A stretch of DNA of 64,000 nt, taken from the NCBI GenBank assembly GCA_030647555.1, contig JAUSJG010000027.1, forward strand, positions 15,532 to 79,531. The letters run 5' to 3'. The notes below the pieces were generated by a model. The model was not told where the DNA came from and searched no databases. It was given only the letters and a program-made list of their open reading frames with translations. A program made the position numbers and the translations under genes. Position 1 is the stretch's first letter. The number at the start of each line of letters is the position of its first letter. Below are positions 46,775 through 55,714 of the stretch, in pieces. Source of the DNA: a bacterium. Its GTDB lineage: Bacteria > Patescibacteriota > Andersenbacteria > UBA10190 > CAIZMI01.

Positions 46775-47320
46775 ATGCCTAAACAGATATCTAGCGGAGA
46801 AAAATCTTGGTTCGTCCTTCACACCTATTCAGGTTACGAAGATAATGTTGCGCGCAATTTAAAGCAACGTATTGAGTCGATGGGAATGGAAGATAAGATT
46901 TTCAATGTTTTGGTGCCACGCGAAAAGAAAATCAAGATCAAGAACGGCAAACGTCGCACGGTTGAGGAACGTCTTTTCCCCGGTTATGTGATGGTCGAAA
47001 TGATTGTGACGGACGATTCTTGGTATGTTGTGCGCAATACGCCAAATGTCACCGGTTTCGTTGGTTCCGGTACCACGCCGACTCCCGTTTCTGAAGACGA
47101 AATGAAGCATTTAATGGAGCGAATGGGCCAAGACGAACCGAAGTACACGATGGACATCAAGATTGGCGAAACCGTCAAAATTATTGATGGGCACTTCAAA
47201 GAATTCGATGGTAAAATCTCCGAAGTTAACGAGCAAAAGGGCAAAATCAAGGTTTTGATCAATATGTTTGGTCGCGAAACGCCACTAGAATTGGACTTTT
47301 TGCAGGTTAAGAAAGTATGA
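46775..47320 (+). CDS. nusG: Transcription termination/antitermination factor NusG
   Basis: 181 aa. NGN domain (WFVLHTYSGYE) and C-terminal KOW (GETVKIIDGHFKEFDGKI). Confidence 0.95.
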   Translation: MPKQISSGEKSWFVLHTYSGYEDNVARNLKQRIESMGMEDKIFNVLVPREKKIKIKNGKRRTVEERLFPGYVMVEMIVTDDSWYVVRNTPNVTGFVGSGTTPTPVSEDEMKHLMERMGQDEPKYTMDIKIGETVKIIDGHFKEFDGKISEVNEQKGKIKVLINMFGRETPLELDFLQVKKV

Positions 47321-47459
47321 GATAGTAGTCTTTGCGAGGCACATCAGTGCCGACCCTGCGAGGGTTACCGATAAAGCAATCTCCTTTCTAGTAAAGCCAC
47401 TCGCAATGACGGTCGACATTGGACAAAATTAAGCAAATAATATATCTTTTAAACTCATC

Positions 47460-47882
47460 ATGGCTAAAGAAATAATAAAAAATATAAAGTTGCAAATTCC
47501 CGGTGGTCGGGCAAACCCGGCTCCACCTGTGGCTACTGCGCTCGGGCCCCACGGTATTAATATGCAGGATTTCTGCGCGAAGTTTAACGAGAAGACAAAG
47601 GAAAAGAATGGGGAAGTAACGCCTGTTATCGTTACTATTTATAAAGATCGTACTTTCACTTTTGTTCTTAAATCGCCACCGGCTGCGGAACTTTTAAAGA
47701 AGGCCGCTAGGGTTGAAAAAGGTTCCAGTGAACCTAATAAGAATAAGGTTGGTACAGTCACAAAAGAACAAATTCGTGCCATTGCCGAACAAAAAATGGA
47801 AGACTTGAATGCTTTCGATGTTGATCAAGCAATGAAAATGGTGGAAGGAACAGCACGCTCAATGGGAATTTTAGTTAAATAA
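47460..47882 (+). CDS. rplK: 50S ribosomal protein L11
   Basis: 140 aa. [27 protein letters not shown]. Confidence 0.95.
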   Translation: MAKEIIKNIKLQIPGGRANPAPPVATALGPHGINMQDFCAKFNEKTKEKNGEVTPVIVTIYKDRTFTFVLKSPPAAELLKKAARVEKGSSEPNKNKVGTVTKEQIRAIAEQKMEDLNAFDVDQAMKMVEGTARSMGILVK

Positions 47883-47898
47883 TTTTTGAATCAATCTT

Positions 47899-48576
47899 AT
47901 GACAGGAAAGCGAACAGCGGAAATTGAAAAGACTAAACCGGCGACAACTGTTTCTATTAAAGAAGCGGCGGCGTTTGTAAAAGAACACGCCAAAGCCAAG
48001 TTTGACGAAACGGTAGAAATTCATATGCACCTCGGTGTTGATCCAAAGCAATCCGATCAAACAGTCCGTGGCACGGTTTCGTTGCCACATGGTTCACCTC
48101 GATCAATTAAGGTTGCTGTTTTTACTGACAATACCGCCTTACAAGAAAAAGCTAAAGAAGCTGGCGCCGACATTGTTGGTGGTGTTGAATTGGTCAATGA
48201 AATTGCGGCTAAGAAATCTTTTGCCGCCGACGTTGCAGTGACTACTCCGGACATGATGAAGGAATTGGCGAAGATTGCGAAAGTATTAGGTCCACGCGGA
48301 TTAATGCCAAATCCAAAGACCAGCACAATTGGTCCTGATCCGGCTGTCCTCGTAAAATCATTAAAGGCCGGCAAAGTGAGCTTCAAAATGGACGAATCCG
48401 CCAACATTCACGTTGGTGTGGCCAAAGCGTCTTGGGACGCGGATAAAATTGCCGATAACGCACGCGCAGTAGTAGATGCCGTCCGCCAGGCCCGCCCGCA
48501 AACAGCGAAAGGGGAATATATTTTGTCAGGGACTCTTACTTCAACTATGGGAGTAGGTCTGAAAGTCCAACTGTAA
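47899..48576 (+). CDS. rplA: 50S ribosomal protein L1
   Basis: 225 aa. Typical L1 motifs (KFDETVEIHMHLGVDPK, LGPRGLMPNPK). Confidence 0.95.
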   Translation: MTGKRTAEIEKTKPATTVSIKEAAAFVKEHAKAKFDETVEIHMHLGVDPKQSDQTVRGTVSLPHGSPRSIKVAVFTDNTALQEKAKEAGADIVGGVELVNEIAAKKSFAADVAVTTPDMMKELAKIAKVLGPRGLMPNPKTSTIGPDPAVLVKSLKAGKVSFKMDESANIHVGVAKASWDADKIADNARAVVDAVRQARPQTAKGEYILSGTLTSTMGVGLKVQL

Positions 48577-48579
48577 CGG

Positions 48580-48975
48580 TATTTGAAACTTGGGCGACAG
48601 AATGCCCAATACCCAATTTCCAATAACCAATGAAATGTTCGAATGTTCAATTCGGGCATTTTTGTAAAGGAGGGCAGTCTTTGCGAGCCATCGCTCGAAG
48701 CGAGGCGAAGCAATCTCTCGCGTTTCCTCCCTTTATTCAAAGGGAGGAGGGGAGGGATTTTAGGCGAGTGTAAGGCAAAAACAACCAACACATATATTAT
48801 AGTAAGCGCTCACAGGTTGAGGAAATAGCCGTAGTGGCCACATCGAAGGTGGTGCTTCAGCACTTCCTCGGGAGTGGATGCAGGTTAGCGACGAACGAAC
48901 CCACACCACCTTCGAGGAAGCCGTGAGCGGCCACCTCGAAGGTGGTCACTTATCAAAATATTTTGTAACATAAAC
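48580..48975. repeat. Repeat-rich structured intergenic region combining members of several families (CCAATTTCCAA motif, cctccctttattcaaagggagg hairpin, cgctcacaggttRaggaaatagccRtag motif, ccaccttcgagg/cctcgaaggtgg palindromes)
   Basis: Motifs read directly. The cgctcacaggtt...aggaaatagcc 29-mer also occurs at 3396-3424. Confidence 0.5.
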
Positions 48976-48977
48976 TC

Positions 48978-49700
48978 ATGCATAAAGGTCTACTCCTCGT
49001 CAACGAAGGTCCGGATGGTTCCGGCAAAGAAACGCAGACACGACTACTTTGCGACTATTTGGAAGGAGAAGGGTATAATCTCGTAAAATTTTCGTTTCCT
49101 ACATACAAGCAAGATCCGGTGGCGGACTTGATTCGGTTTATGTTGCACGAGGCCAAGGATGATTGGAACACACGCGATTGGCGTTCTAAAGCGGTTTTAT
49201 ATGCATCGAACAGGTTACGCTTCGCGCCAGAGATGCGCGCAGCATTAGAAGTTCCGGGGAACGTTGTTATATGTGATCGGTTTGTTTCCAGTAACCAAGG
49301 CCATATGGGCGCGTTGGCGGAAGATCCGACCGAGCGCTTACAACGCTACGCCTGGATTGATCATTTGGAATTTGAAATGATGGGCCTGCCAAGACCGGAC
49401 GTTGTTTTATTACACACGATGCCGAGTGAAATGCGGGCTCAGCTTCTAATGAAACGCGAAAACGGAAATCCGGACGCGCACGAAGGAAATTCCGCATATC
49501 TAGACCTTGTCGAACAAAGTTACTACGAACTGATGGATTTTTACCCGGAAGTTTGGCGACACATTCCGGCGGACATGGACGGAAGGTTGCAGACGCCGGA
49601 TGAAGTGCACGGACGTGTGAAGCAAGCACTTCTGGGACATCAAAATTGGATTGAATTTGTAGAACAACGAGAGCCGGCTGGCATTCAATTTGAAATTTGA
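48978..49700 (+). CDS. tmk: Thymidylate kinase-family protein (dTMP kinase)
   Basis: 240 aa. P-loop EGPDGSGKETQ. DRF motif (CDRFVSSNQGHMGA). Lid region. Confidence 0.75.
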   Translation: MHKGLLLVNEGPDGSGKETQTRLLCDYLEGEGYNLVKFSFPTYKQDPVADLIRFMLHEAKDDWNTRDWRSKAVLYASNRLRFAPEMRAALEVPGNVVICDRFVSSNQGHMGALAEDPTERLQRYAWIDHLEFEMMGLPRPDVVLLHTMPSEMRAQLLMKRENGNPDAHEGNSAYLDLVEQSYYELMDFYPEVWRHIPADMDGRLQTPDEVHGRVKQALLGHQNWIEFVEQREPAGIQFEI

Positions 49701-49868
49701 AATTTTTAATTTGAAATCAATTTTTAATATTTAAATTTGAAATAACGACGCGCGGTTTTCAAATTAAGATATTTAACTATTTCAAATTGATTAAAAATTT
49801 CAAATTTCAAATTAAAAATTGGCAGTCAACTAGGTGACAAACCACACGTTTTCTTTTAATCTGAGCTT

Positions 49869-51353
49869 ATGGAACTAGAACCAGTAATAGGCTTAGAGAT
49901 CCACGTTCATCTCAACACCCAATCGAAAATGTTCTGCGGGTGTAAAAACGTATCTGAAGCAGAAGAACCCAACCGTTTTGTCTGTCCGATCTGTATGGGT
50001 TTTCCGGGGCAGCTGCCCGTTTTGAATGCCAAGGCGGTGGAGTGGGCAATCAAAGTTGGCTTGGCTCTAAACTGCAAAATTGCCTCGCATACGACATTTT
50101 CCCGCAAAAGCTACTTCTATCCCGATTTGCCAAAGGGTTATCAGATTTCGCAATACGACGAACCGATTTGTTATGAAGGAAAAGTAAAAGTATTCGTAAA
50201 TAACGAAGAAAAAGAAATTGGAATTACACGTGCGCACATGGAAGAAGACGCTGCAAAAAACATTCATGACGGTGGAACGCTTGTTGATTACACCCGTTCA
50301 GGGACTCCACTGGTAGAAATTGTGACCGAGCCGGACATCAAAACTCCACAAGAGGCCAAGATATTTTTGGAAGATTTACAGCGCACGATTCGCTACATTG
50401 GCGTATCTAATGCGGATATGGAAAATGGCGACTTGCGGGTTGATGCCAATATTTCGATGCGCGAAAAAGGTGGCAAATTAAATCCAAAAACGGAATGTAA
50501 AAATCTGAATTCATTCAAAGCCGTGGAACGCGCACTGACTTATGAAATTGCACGTCAGACAGAACTCTGGAAACAGGGCAATCCGCCAATGAAACAAAGC
50601 ACGCGTGGTTGGAATGATGCAACCCAAGAAACAGTTGAACAGCGTGTGAAAGAAGATGAAGCGGATTATCGTTATTTTCCGGAACCGGATGTACCGCCAC
50701 TAAGAATTGATGAAGAGTTGATTCAACGGATGCGTGAGGCATTGCCGGAATTACCTCATGACAAAGAAGCTCGTTTCATTAGTCAGTTTCAACTTCCTGA
50801 TGAGCAGGTGCGGATTATGGTGGAAGATCGAATGTTGGCCGCTTATACCGAGGATGTATTCTCAGAGATTTTGGCATGGAACGAACAACGTTCAGACGTT
50901 GAAAAGAGAGACAGTGTCCGCTTGTATAAATTGGCATCAAACTATTTACTCGGTGATTTTCGTAATATTCTTGCCGAAGAAAAAACGGATTTTAGTCATA
51001 CAAAAGTAAGTCCGGAGAATTTTGCCGAATTGATTGTAATGTTGCATCGCGAGGAAGTGAATCGCAACGCGATGCCGGAAGTTTTGCGAATTATGCAACA
51101 AACAGGCGGTGACCCATCAAACATCGTTGCCGATAAAGGATTGGGGCAGGTGAGTGATGATGATCAGTTGCGTCGGATTGTTCAAGACATGTTGAACGCT
51201 AATCCTGCCGAGGTGGATAAGGCGCGAGCCGGAAAAGTCCAAGTAATTCAATTCTTGATGGGCAAAGTAATGGCAGAAACGAAAGGTCGTGCCAATCCGC
51301 AAAAAGTGCAGGAGATGATTCGCGATGAATTAGGATTGACGAATAATGAATGA
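49869..51353 (+). CDS. gatB: Asp-tRNA(Asn)/Glu-tRNA(Gln) amidotransferase subunit B
   Basis: 494 aa. IGLEIHVHLNTQSKMFCGC N-terminus. C-terminal YqeY-like domain. Confidence 0.95.
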   Translation: MELEPVIGLEIHVHLNTQSKMFCGCKNVSEAEEPNRFVCPICMGFPGQLPVLNAKAVEWAIKVGLALNCKIASHTTFSRKSYFYPDLPKGYQISQYDEPICYEGKVKVFVNNEEKEIGITRAHMEEDAAKNIHDGGTLVDYTRSGTPLVEIVTEPDIKTPQEAKIFLEDLQRTIRYIGVSNADMENGDLRVDANISMREKGGKLNPKTECKNLNSFKAVERALTYEIARQTELWKQGNPPMKQSTRGWNDATQETVEQRVKEDEADYRYFPEPDVPPLRIDEELIQRMREALPELPHDKEARFISQFQLPDEQVRIMVEDRMLAAYTEDVFSEILAWNEQRSDVEKRDSVRLYKLASNYLLGDFRNILAEEKTDFSHTKVSPENFAELIVMLHREEVNRNAMPEVLRIMQQTGGDPSNIVADKGLGQVSDDDQLRRIVQDMLNANPAEVDKARAGKVQVIQFLMGKVMAETKGRANPQKVQEMIRDELGLTNNE

Positions 51354-51388
51354 TGAATCGACTACGCGATACGTTCATTATTCATTAA

Positions 51389-52384
51389 TCATAAATCATT
51401 ATTCATGTCCTGAATCCAATTAAGGACTTTAGTAGTAGCGTCTTCTTCACTATCAACCCAAACCACATTTGGCTCCTTCCGTAGCCACGTCAGTTGTCGT
51501 CTTGAGTATTGCCAGTTGGCGTTGATAATTTTTTGTCGTTCCTCTTCAAGAGATTCTTCACCTCTAAGAAACGGAAACAGTTCTCGATAAGCAATTGCTT
51601 GAAGGCCCGGCGCCTGTTCGCCGTATTTTTTGATCAACTCTCGGACTTCTTCGATGAGGCCTTGTTGAAGTTGTTTATCAACACGCTTAGTGATCAATTC
51701 GCGCAAATTGTCCGGTTGCCGGCGAATGGCGAGTTTGAGAATGTTGTAATTATTTGTATTCGCAACACGTTCGTCTTTGCGAGGTGCTTCAGCGCCGAAA
51801 CAATTTCCGTTCGGCAACGACGGGAGATTGCTTCGCTTTGCTCGCAATGACTCGGCGATTTCTAGTGCCCGAATGACCCGTCTTGGATTTTTCAAATCAA
51901 CACGCGTGGCTAACACGGGATCTTTTTTTAATAAATCATTGGCTAAAATTTCCACCGGTTGTTGGTCTGCCCAATCACGAAATGCAAAATCCGGTGGAAC
52001 TGACGCAAAATTTTTCTTTTCGGTTAACGCACGAATGTAAAATCCGGTACCGCCAATTACAATCGGCAAATGATTGTTCTCATGAATTTTTGTAATTACT
52101 TTTGTAGCGTCGTTTACGAAGTCTGCTGCTGAATAGGGTTGGTTCGGAGTAATTGTGTCGATTAGGTAGTGGGGAATTGAATTGTATTTAATCGACTCAA
52201 GTGGTGAATCTGCAATTTTTTTTCGCGAAACGATTTTATCCGTGCCAATATTCATACCAAAATAAACCTGGCGGGAATCGGCAGAGATAATTTCTCCGTT
52301 AAATTGCTTTGCCAATTTTAACGACAATTGAGTCTTTCCCGAGGCGGTGGGGCCCATGATGGCGAGGAGGGGGTTGGAAGGCAT
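51389..52384 (-). CDS. miaA: tRNA dimethylallyltransferase (start trimmed to MPSNPLL; longer ORF overlaps a repeat)
   Basis: P-loop GPTASGKT. DSRQVYFGMNIGTDK. Confidence 0.85.
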   Translation of the reverse strand: MPSNPLLAIMGPTASGKTQLSLKLAKQFNGEIISADSRQVYFGMNIGTDKIVSRKKIADSPLESIKYNSIPHYLIDTITPNQPYSAADFVNDATKVITKIHENNHLPIVIGGTGFYIRALTEKKNFASVPPDFAFRDWADQQPVEILANDLLKKDPVLATRVDLKNPRRVIRALEIAESLRAKRSNLPSLPNGNCFGAEAPRKDERVANTNNYNILKLAIRRQPDNLRELITKRVDKQLQQGLIEEVRELIKKYGEQAPGLQAIAYRELFPFLRGEESLEEERQKIINANWQYSRRQLTWLRKEPNVVWVDSEEDATTKVLNWIQDMNNDL

Positions 52385-52404
52385 AATGAAATTTTGGTTT
52401 ATCT

Positions 52405-52435
52405 GTGACCGACCCTGGCGTACAGGGACGGTCCC
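52405..52435. repeat. 31-nt element GTGACCGACCCTGGCGTACAGGGACGGTCCC in the miaA/52471 divergent region; inverted near-identical copy at 59414-59444
   Basis: 30/31 identity after reverse-complementing. Both copies sit in divergent promoter regions. Confidence 0.55.
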
Positions 52436-52470
52436 AGATATAAAGTAATTGATGTGATAGAATATGCAAT

Positions 52471-53040
52471 ATGAGGATAATTCGTTTGTTGATGTCACTT
52501 GTTGTTCTGTTTTTCCTTGTTTGGGTCATGCTTATTTGGGGGTTGCCTACGATAGTGGCCAATAGCACCTTTTTTTGTGAGCGGTGGAAAATGACCACTG
52601 GCATTTGTGCTCCTGACGCATTAAGTAAGGCGCAAGGAATAAGCAATTGGACAAAGAAGAATGTGCCACTATCGACGGATAATTTTGCGGGGAAAACTTT
52701 GAGTGATGCCTATGTCGGTTTGAATGTATTGGAGAATGCGGCACGTGACAAGCTAGGCAATGATAAAGTTAATCTGGCCTTGGATAATGTGGACAAAGGA
52801 ATTAAAAGCACGGAAATTGTGTTAAATAAACAGGGCTTTGGCAGTAAACTGCAAGATATTCCAAAAAACGCGCAAAATTTACTGACTGAAGCGCGCAAGG
52901 CACTTGAGCAACTGCGCGGTATATTTGATAAAACACAACGTCGCACCGAGGATGTTACGAATGCGGTAAATAATACCAAGAAAGCACTGGATGCTTTGTC
53001 GAGTGTTTTGCCGAGCGTGGTGCCGAGTCCGGGGAAGTAG
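52471..53040 (+). CDS. Hypothetical membrane-anchored/secreted protein
   Basis: 189 aa, N-terminal TM helix, no recognisable motif. Confidence 0.45.
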   Translation: MRIIRLLMSLVVLFFLVWVMLIWGLPTIVANSTFFCERWKMTTGICAPDALSKAQGISNWTKKNVPLSTDNFAGKTLSDAYVGLNVLENAARDKLGNDKVNLALDNVDKGIKSTEIVLNKQGFGSKLQDIPKNAQNLLTEARKALEQLRGIFDKTQRRTEDVTNAVNNTKKALDALSSVLPSVVPSPGK

Positions 53041-53055
53041 AGTACGGAAGATAAT

Positions 53056-53246
53056 GGATCACACGCAATAGTGGGTCATTTGTAGAAACCGCAACGTTTC
53101 CTCCCTTTTTCAAAGGGAGGCGGGGAGGGATTGTGATTATAAGGACATCGTAGCTTCTTAATTTAATCCACCCTCGCCCTTTAGCCCATCAGGGCAACAC
53201 CGCCGAAGCGTGTGCAACTTTGAATAAAGGAGGGTAACGGGGCGTC
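53056..53246. repeat. Composite structured element E2 (paralog of 44213-44405) with the 37-bp segment inverted and located in the right-hand hairpin
   Basis: See E1. Shared blocks ggatcacacgcRataRtgggtcatttg, ttcctccctttttcaaagg, ggcggggagggattgtga, agcttctta.tttaatccaccctcgccc, aataaaggaggg.aacgRcgRcgtc. Confidence 0.6.
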
Positions 53247-53259
53247 ATTTATTTATCGG

Positions 53260-55038
53260 TTACTCAAACGTGATTTTCTTCTCGGCGATATTTTTGGAAA
53301 GCAGAGAAATTGTATCTTCGATCGATAACACTCCGCCGTCTTTTTTGCCGTGCATGCGTAGGGCGATTGTTTTGGCTTGCATTTCGCGGTCACCGACCAC
53401 GGCAATCACCGGAACTTTTTTCATTTCATTGTCGCGAATTTTCTTGCCGATTTTTTCGTTACGTTCGTCGACCTGGGAGCGAATTCCTTGTTTTTTTAAT
53501 TCAACAGCCACTTGTTTTGCGTAATCCAATTGTGCTTCACCGATTGGAAGAACTGAAACTTGTACCGGGGCGAGCCAGAGAGGGAAATTACCGGCCAAAT
53601 GTTCGATGAGAATGGAAAGGAAACGCTCAATCGATCCCATGATCGCGGCATGAATCATGACGATACGTTCTTCTTTGCCCTCTTCGTTGTGGCAGAAAAG
53701 ATTAAAGCGTTCCGGCATATTAAGATCTAATTGGATTGTTGCTACTTGCCATTGGCGTCCCAAAGAATCCTGGGCCATGAAGTCTAATTTTGGTCCATAA
53801 AAAGCGGCTTCGCCCAAACCCTCAAACCAGTCTATTTTTTTCTCGGTGACGATTTCACGTAAAACCGTTTCGGCATATTCCCAGCGCTTTGCATCGCCAA
53901 GGTATTTTTCGGGATGTTTTGGATCATGAATGGAAAGACGGACACGTAGGTCAAAACCGAAGACGCCGTAAAATTCATGAACGATGTCCCAAATCTTGAG
54001 AAATTCCTCTTTGGCTTGCGATGAGCGACAGAAAACGTGCGCATCGTCTTGAGTAAAACTGCGGGCACGGGAAAGACCGGAAAGTTCGCCGGATTGTTCG
54101 TCGCGATAGCACATTGTGGTATTGGCGTAACGCTGTGGCAGTTCGCGGTAGCTCCAGGCCTTGCGAGCGTAGATTTGTGTGTGGTGCGGGCAGTTCATCG
54201 GCTTCATCGCAAACTCGTGTCCTTCACGCGTGGTAATGCGAAAAAGTTCGTCCTTGAATTTATCCCAGTGACCGCTCACTTCGTACAATTCTTTTTTGGT
54301 AATGTGGGGGATTTCTACTTTTTCATATCCGCGCGCGTCGCGCAACTTCCAAACGAAATTATCAAGGAGAGTGCGTACCATCATGCCGTTTGGTGTCCAG
54401 AGGGGTAGACCACTCCCAACCAAATCGGAGAAAACAAACAAGTCCAATTCACGGCCAAGTTTTTTATGGTCGCGTTTTTCCGCTTCTTCGAGCATCGTCA
54501 AGTACGTGTCCAATTCTTCTTTTGTTGCAAAAGCCACGCCGTAAATACGCGTGAGCATTTTATTCTTTTCATCACCGCGCCAATATGCGCCGGCGGTCTT
54601 AAGTAGTTTGAACGCGTCGGGATTGATTTCCTTGGTGGATTTTACGTGTGGACCACCACAAAGATTATCAAATGTACCGGAAAGATAGAAACTGACATTT
54701 TTTTCACCTTTTTCTTTTAATCCATTGATGAGCTCTGTTTTGTACGGATCGTTTTTGTAAGCTTTTAGTGCTTCATCAAATTCGACGTTGTGTTGTTTGA
54801 ATTCAATGTTTTCCGCGATCATTTCGCGCATTCTTTTTTCCAGTTTTGGAAAAATGTCTTGATTAATTGTTTCAGGAAGGTCGTAGTCTTGATAAAAACC
54901 GTTTTCGATTACAGGGCCAACACCCAAACCGACGGTTGGGTAAAGCTCTTGCACTGCCATGCTCATCAAGTGAGAGAGGGAGTGGCGAATAGGTTCGATT
55001 GGATTGGTTTCGTTTGGGTTGGATTGTTTGGAAGACAT
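53260..55038 (-). CDS. thrS: Threonine--tRNA ligase lacking the N-terminal TGS domain
   Basis: 592 aa. Begins at the editing-domain motif HSLSHLMSMAV. Class II core and C-terminal anticodon-binding domain. Confidence 0.9.
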   Translation of the reverse strand: MSSKQSNPNETNPIEPIRHSLSHLMSMAVQELYPTVGLGVGPVIENGFYQDYDLPETINQDIFPKLEKRMREMIAENIEFKQHNVEFDEALKAYKNDPYKTELINGLKEKGEKNVSFYLSGTFDNLCGGPHVKSTKEINPDAFKLLKTAGAYWRGDEKNKMLTRIYGVAFATKEELDTYLTMLEEAEKRDHKKLGRELDLFVFSDLVGSGLPLWTPNGMMVRTLLDNFVWKLRDARGYEKVEIPHITKKELYEVSGHWDKFKDELFRITTREGHEFAMKPMNCPHHTQIYARKAWSYRELPQRYANTTMCYRDEQSGELSGLSRARSFTQDDAHVFCRSSQAKEEFLKIWDIVHEFYGVFGFDLRVRLSIHDPKHPEKYLGDAKRWEYAETVLREIVTEKKIDWFEGLGEAAFYGPKLDFMAQDSLGRQWQVATIQLDLNMPERFNLFCHNEEGKEERIVMIHAAIMGSIERFLSILIEHLAGNFPLWLAPVQVSVLPIGEAQLDYAKQVAVELKKQGIRSQVDERNEKIGKKIRDNEMKKVPVIAVVGDREMQAKTIALRMHGKKDGGVLSIEDTISLLSKNIAEKKITFE

Positions 55039-55075
55039 ATAGGAGACTATAGCAAGTGGGAGACGATTAGAAAAG

Positions 55076-55178
55076 ACGGACGGGTAAGGTCGGACTGCCG
55101 GGCGGTCCGACCTTAACTGGTCGCGTCGCCGTCCAATGAGGGTCGGACCCCTCGAGGAGTCCGACCCTTTCTAGACAA
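55076..55178. repeat. REP-like hairpin cluster (GGTCGGAC arms)
   Basis: taaggtcggac-tgccgggcg-gtccgacctta and gagggtcggaccc-ctcgaggag-tccgaccct. Confidence 0.55.
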
Positions 55179-55249
55179 AATATCGTTTTGGGGGTACAAA
55201 GTGGGGTGGCGTTGGTTCTTTTCTGAAACTTTTACTTACAGGGTGACTT

Positions 55250-55555
55250 ATGGAAACGGACAACGATTTGTGCGAGTGGCGTGAGGAGGGATTGGGACAG
55301 AACAGACGAAACGGAACGAATCGTCGTGTGGTGTTGTGGGGACTAACGGCGGTCGGGCTTAAGAACCTAGTCTGTTACGTGTTTTTGGTCGCTCTCGCCC
55401 TTTCAAGTGTGTTTGCTACCATTGCTGTGAGCAAGATGCCCTCGTCCGATTTTTGCGAAAGAGTTACGAGCGTTTTGTGTGTTGTTGGTCTAGGGCAATT
55501 TGTTTTGTCCCTACTGTCCATTATTGCTGTATTCCATTTACCAACAAGGCGTTAG
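55250..55555 (+). CDS. Hypothetical small membrane protein
   Basis: 101-aa ORF with two hydrophobic segments. Weak. Confidence 0.3.
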   Translation: METDNDLCEWREEGLGQNRRNGTNRRVVLWGLTAVGLKNLVCYVFLVALALSSVFATIAVSKMPSSDFCERVTSVLCVVGLGQFVLSLLSIIAVFHLPTRR

Positions 55556-55714
55556 TACCGCCGCTCGTCGTCTGACGCGCGGTTTTTTTTAATTCATTTT
55601 TCTTGAAAGAAAAATGAATTAATCCCTCGAAGCTCGTCTCGCGAGACGAGCGAAGTGGGATATCTCCAACTTTAAGGGTCACCCCTAAAGTAAGCGCTAC
55701 TTTAGGGGTGACCC

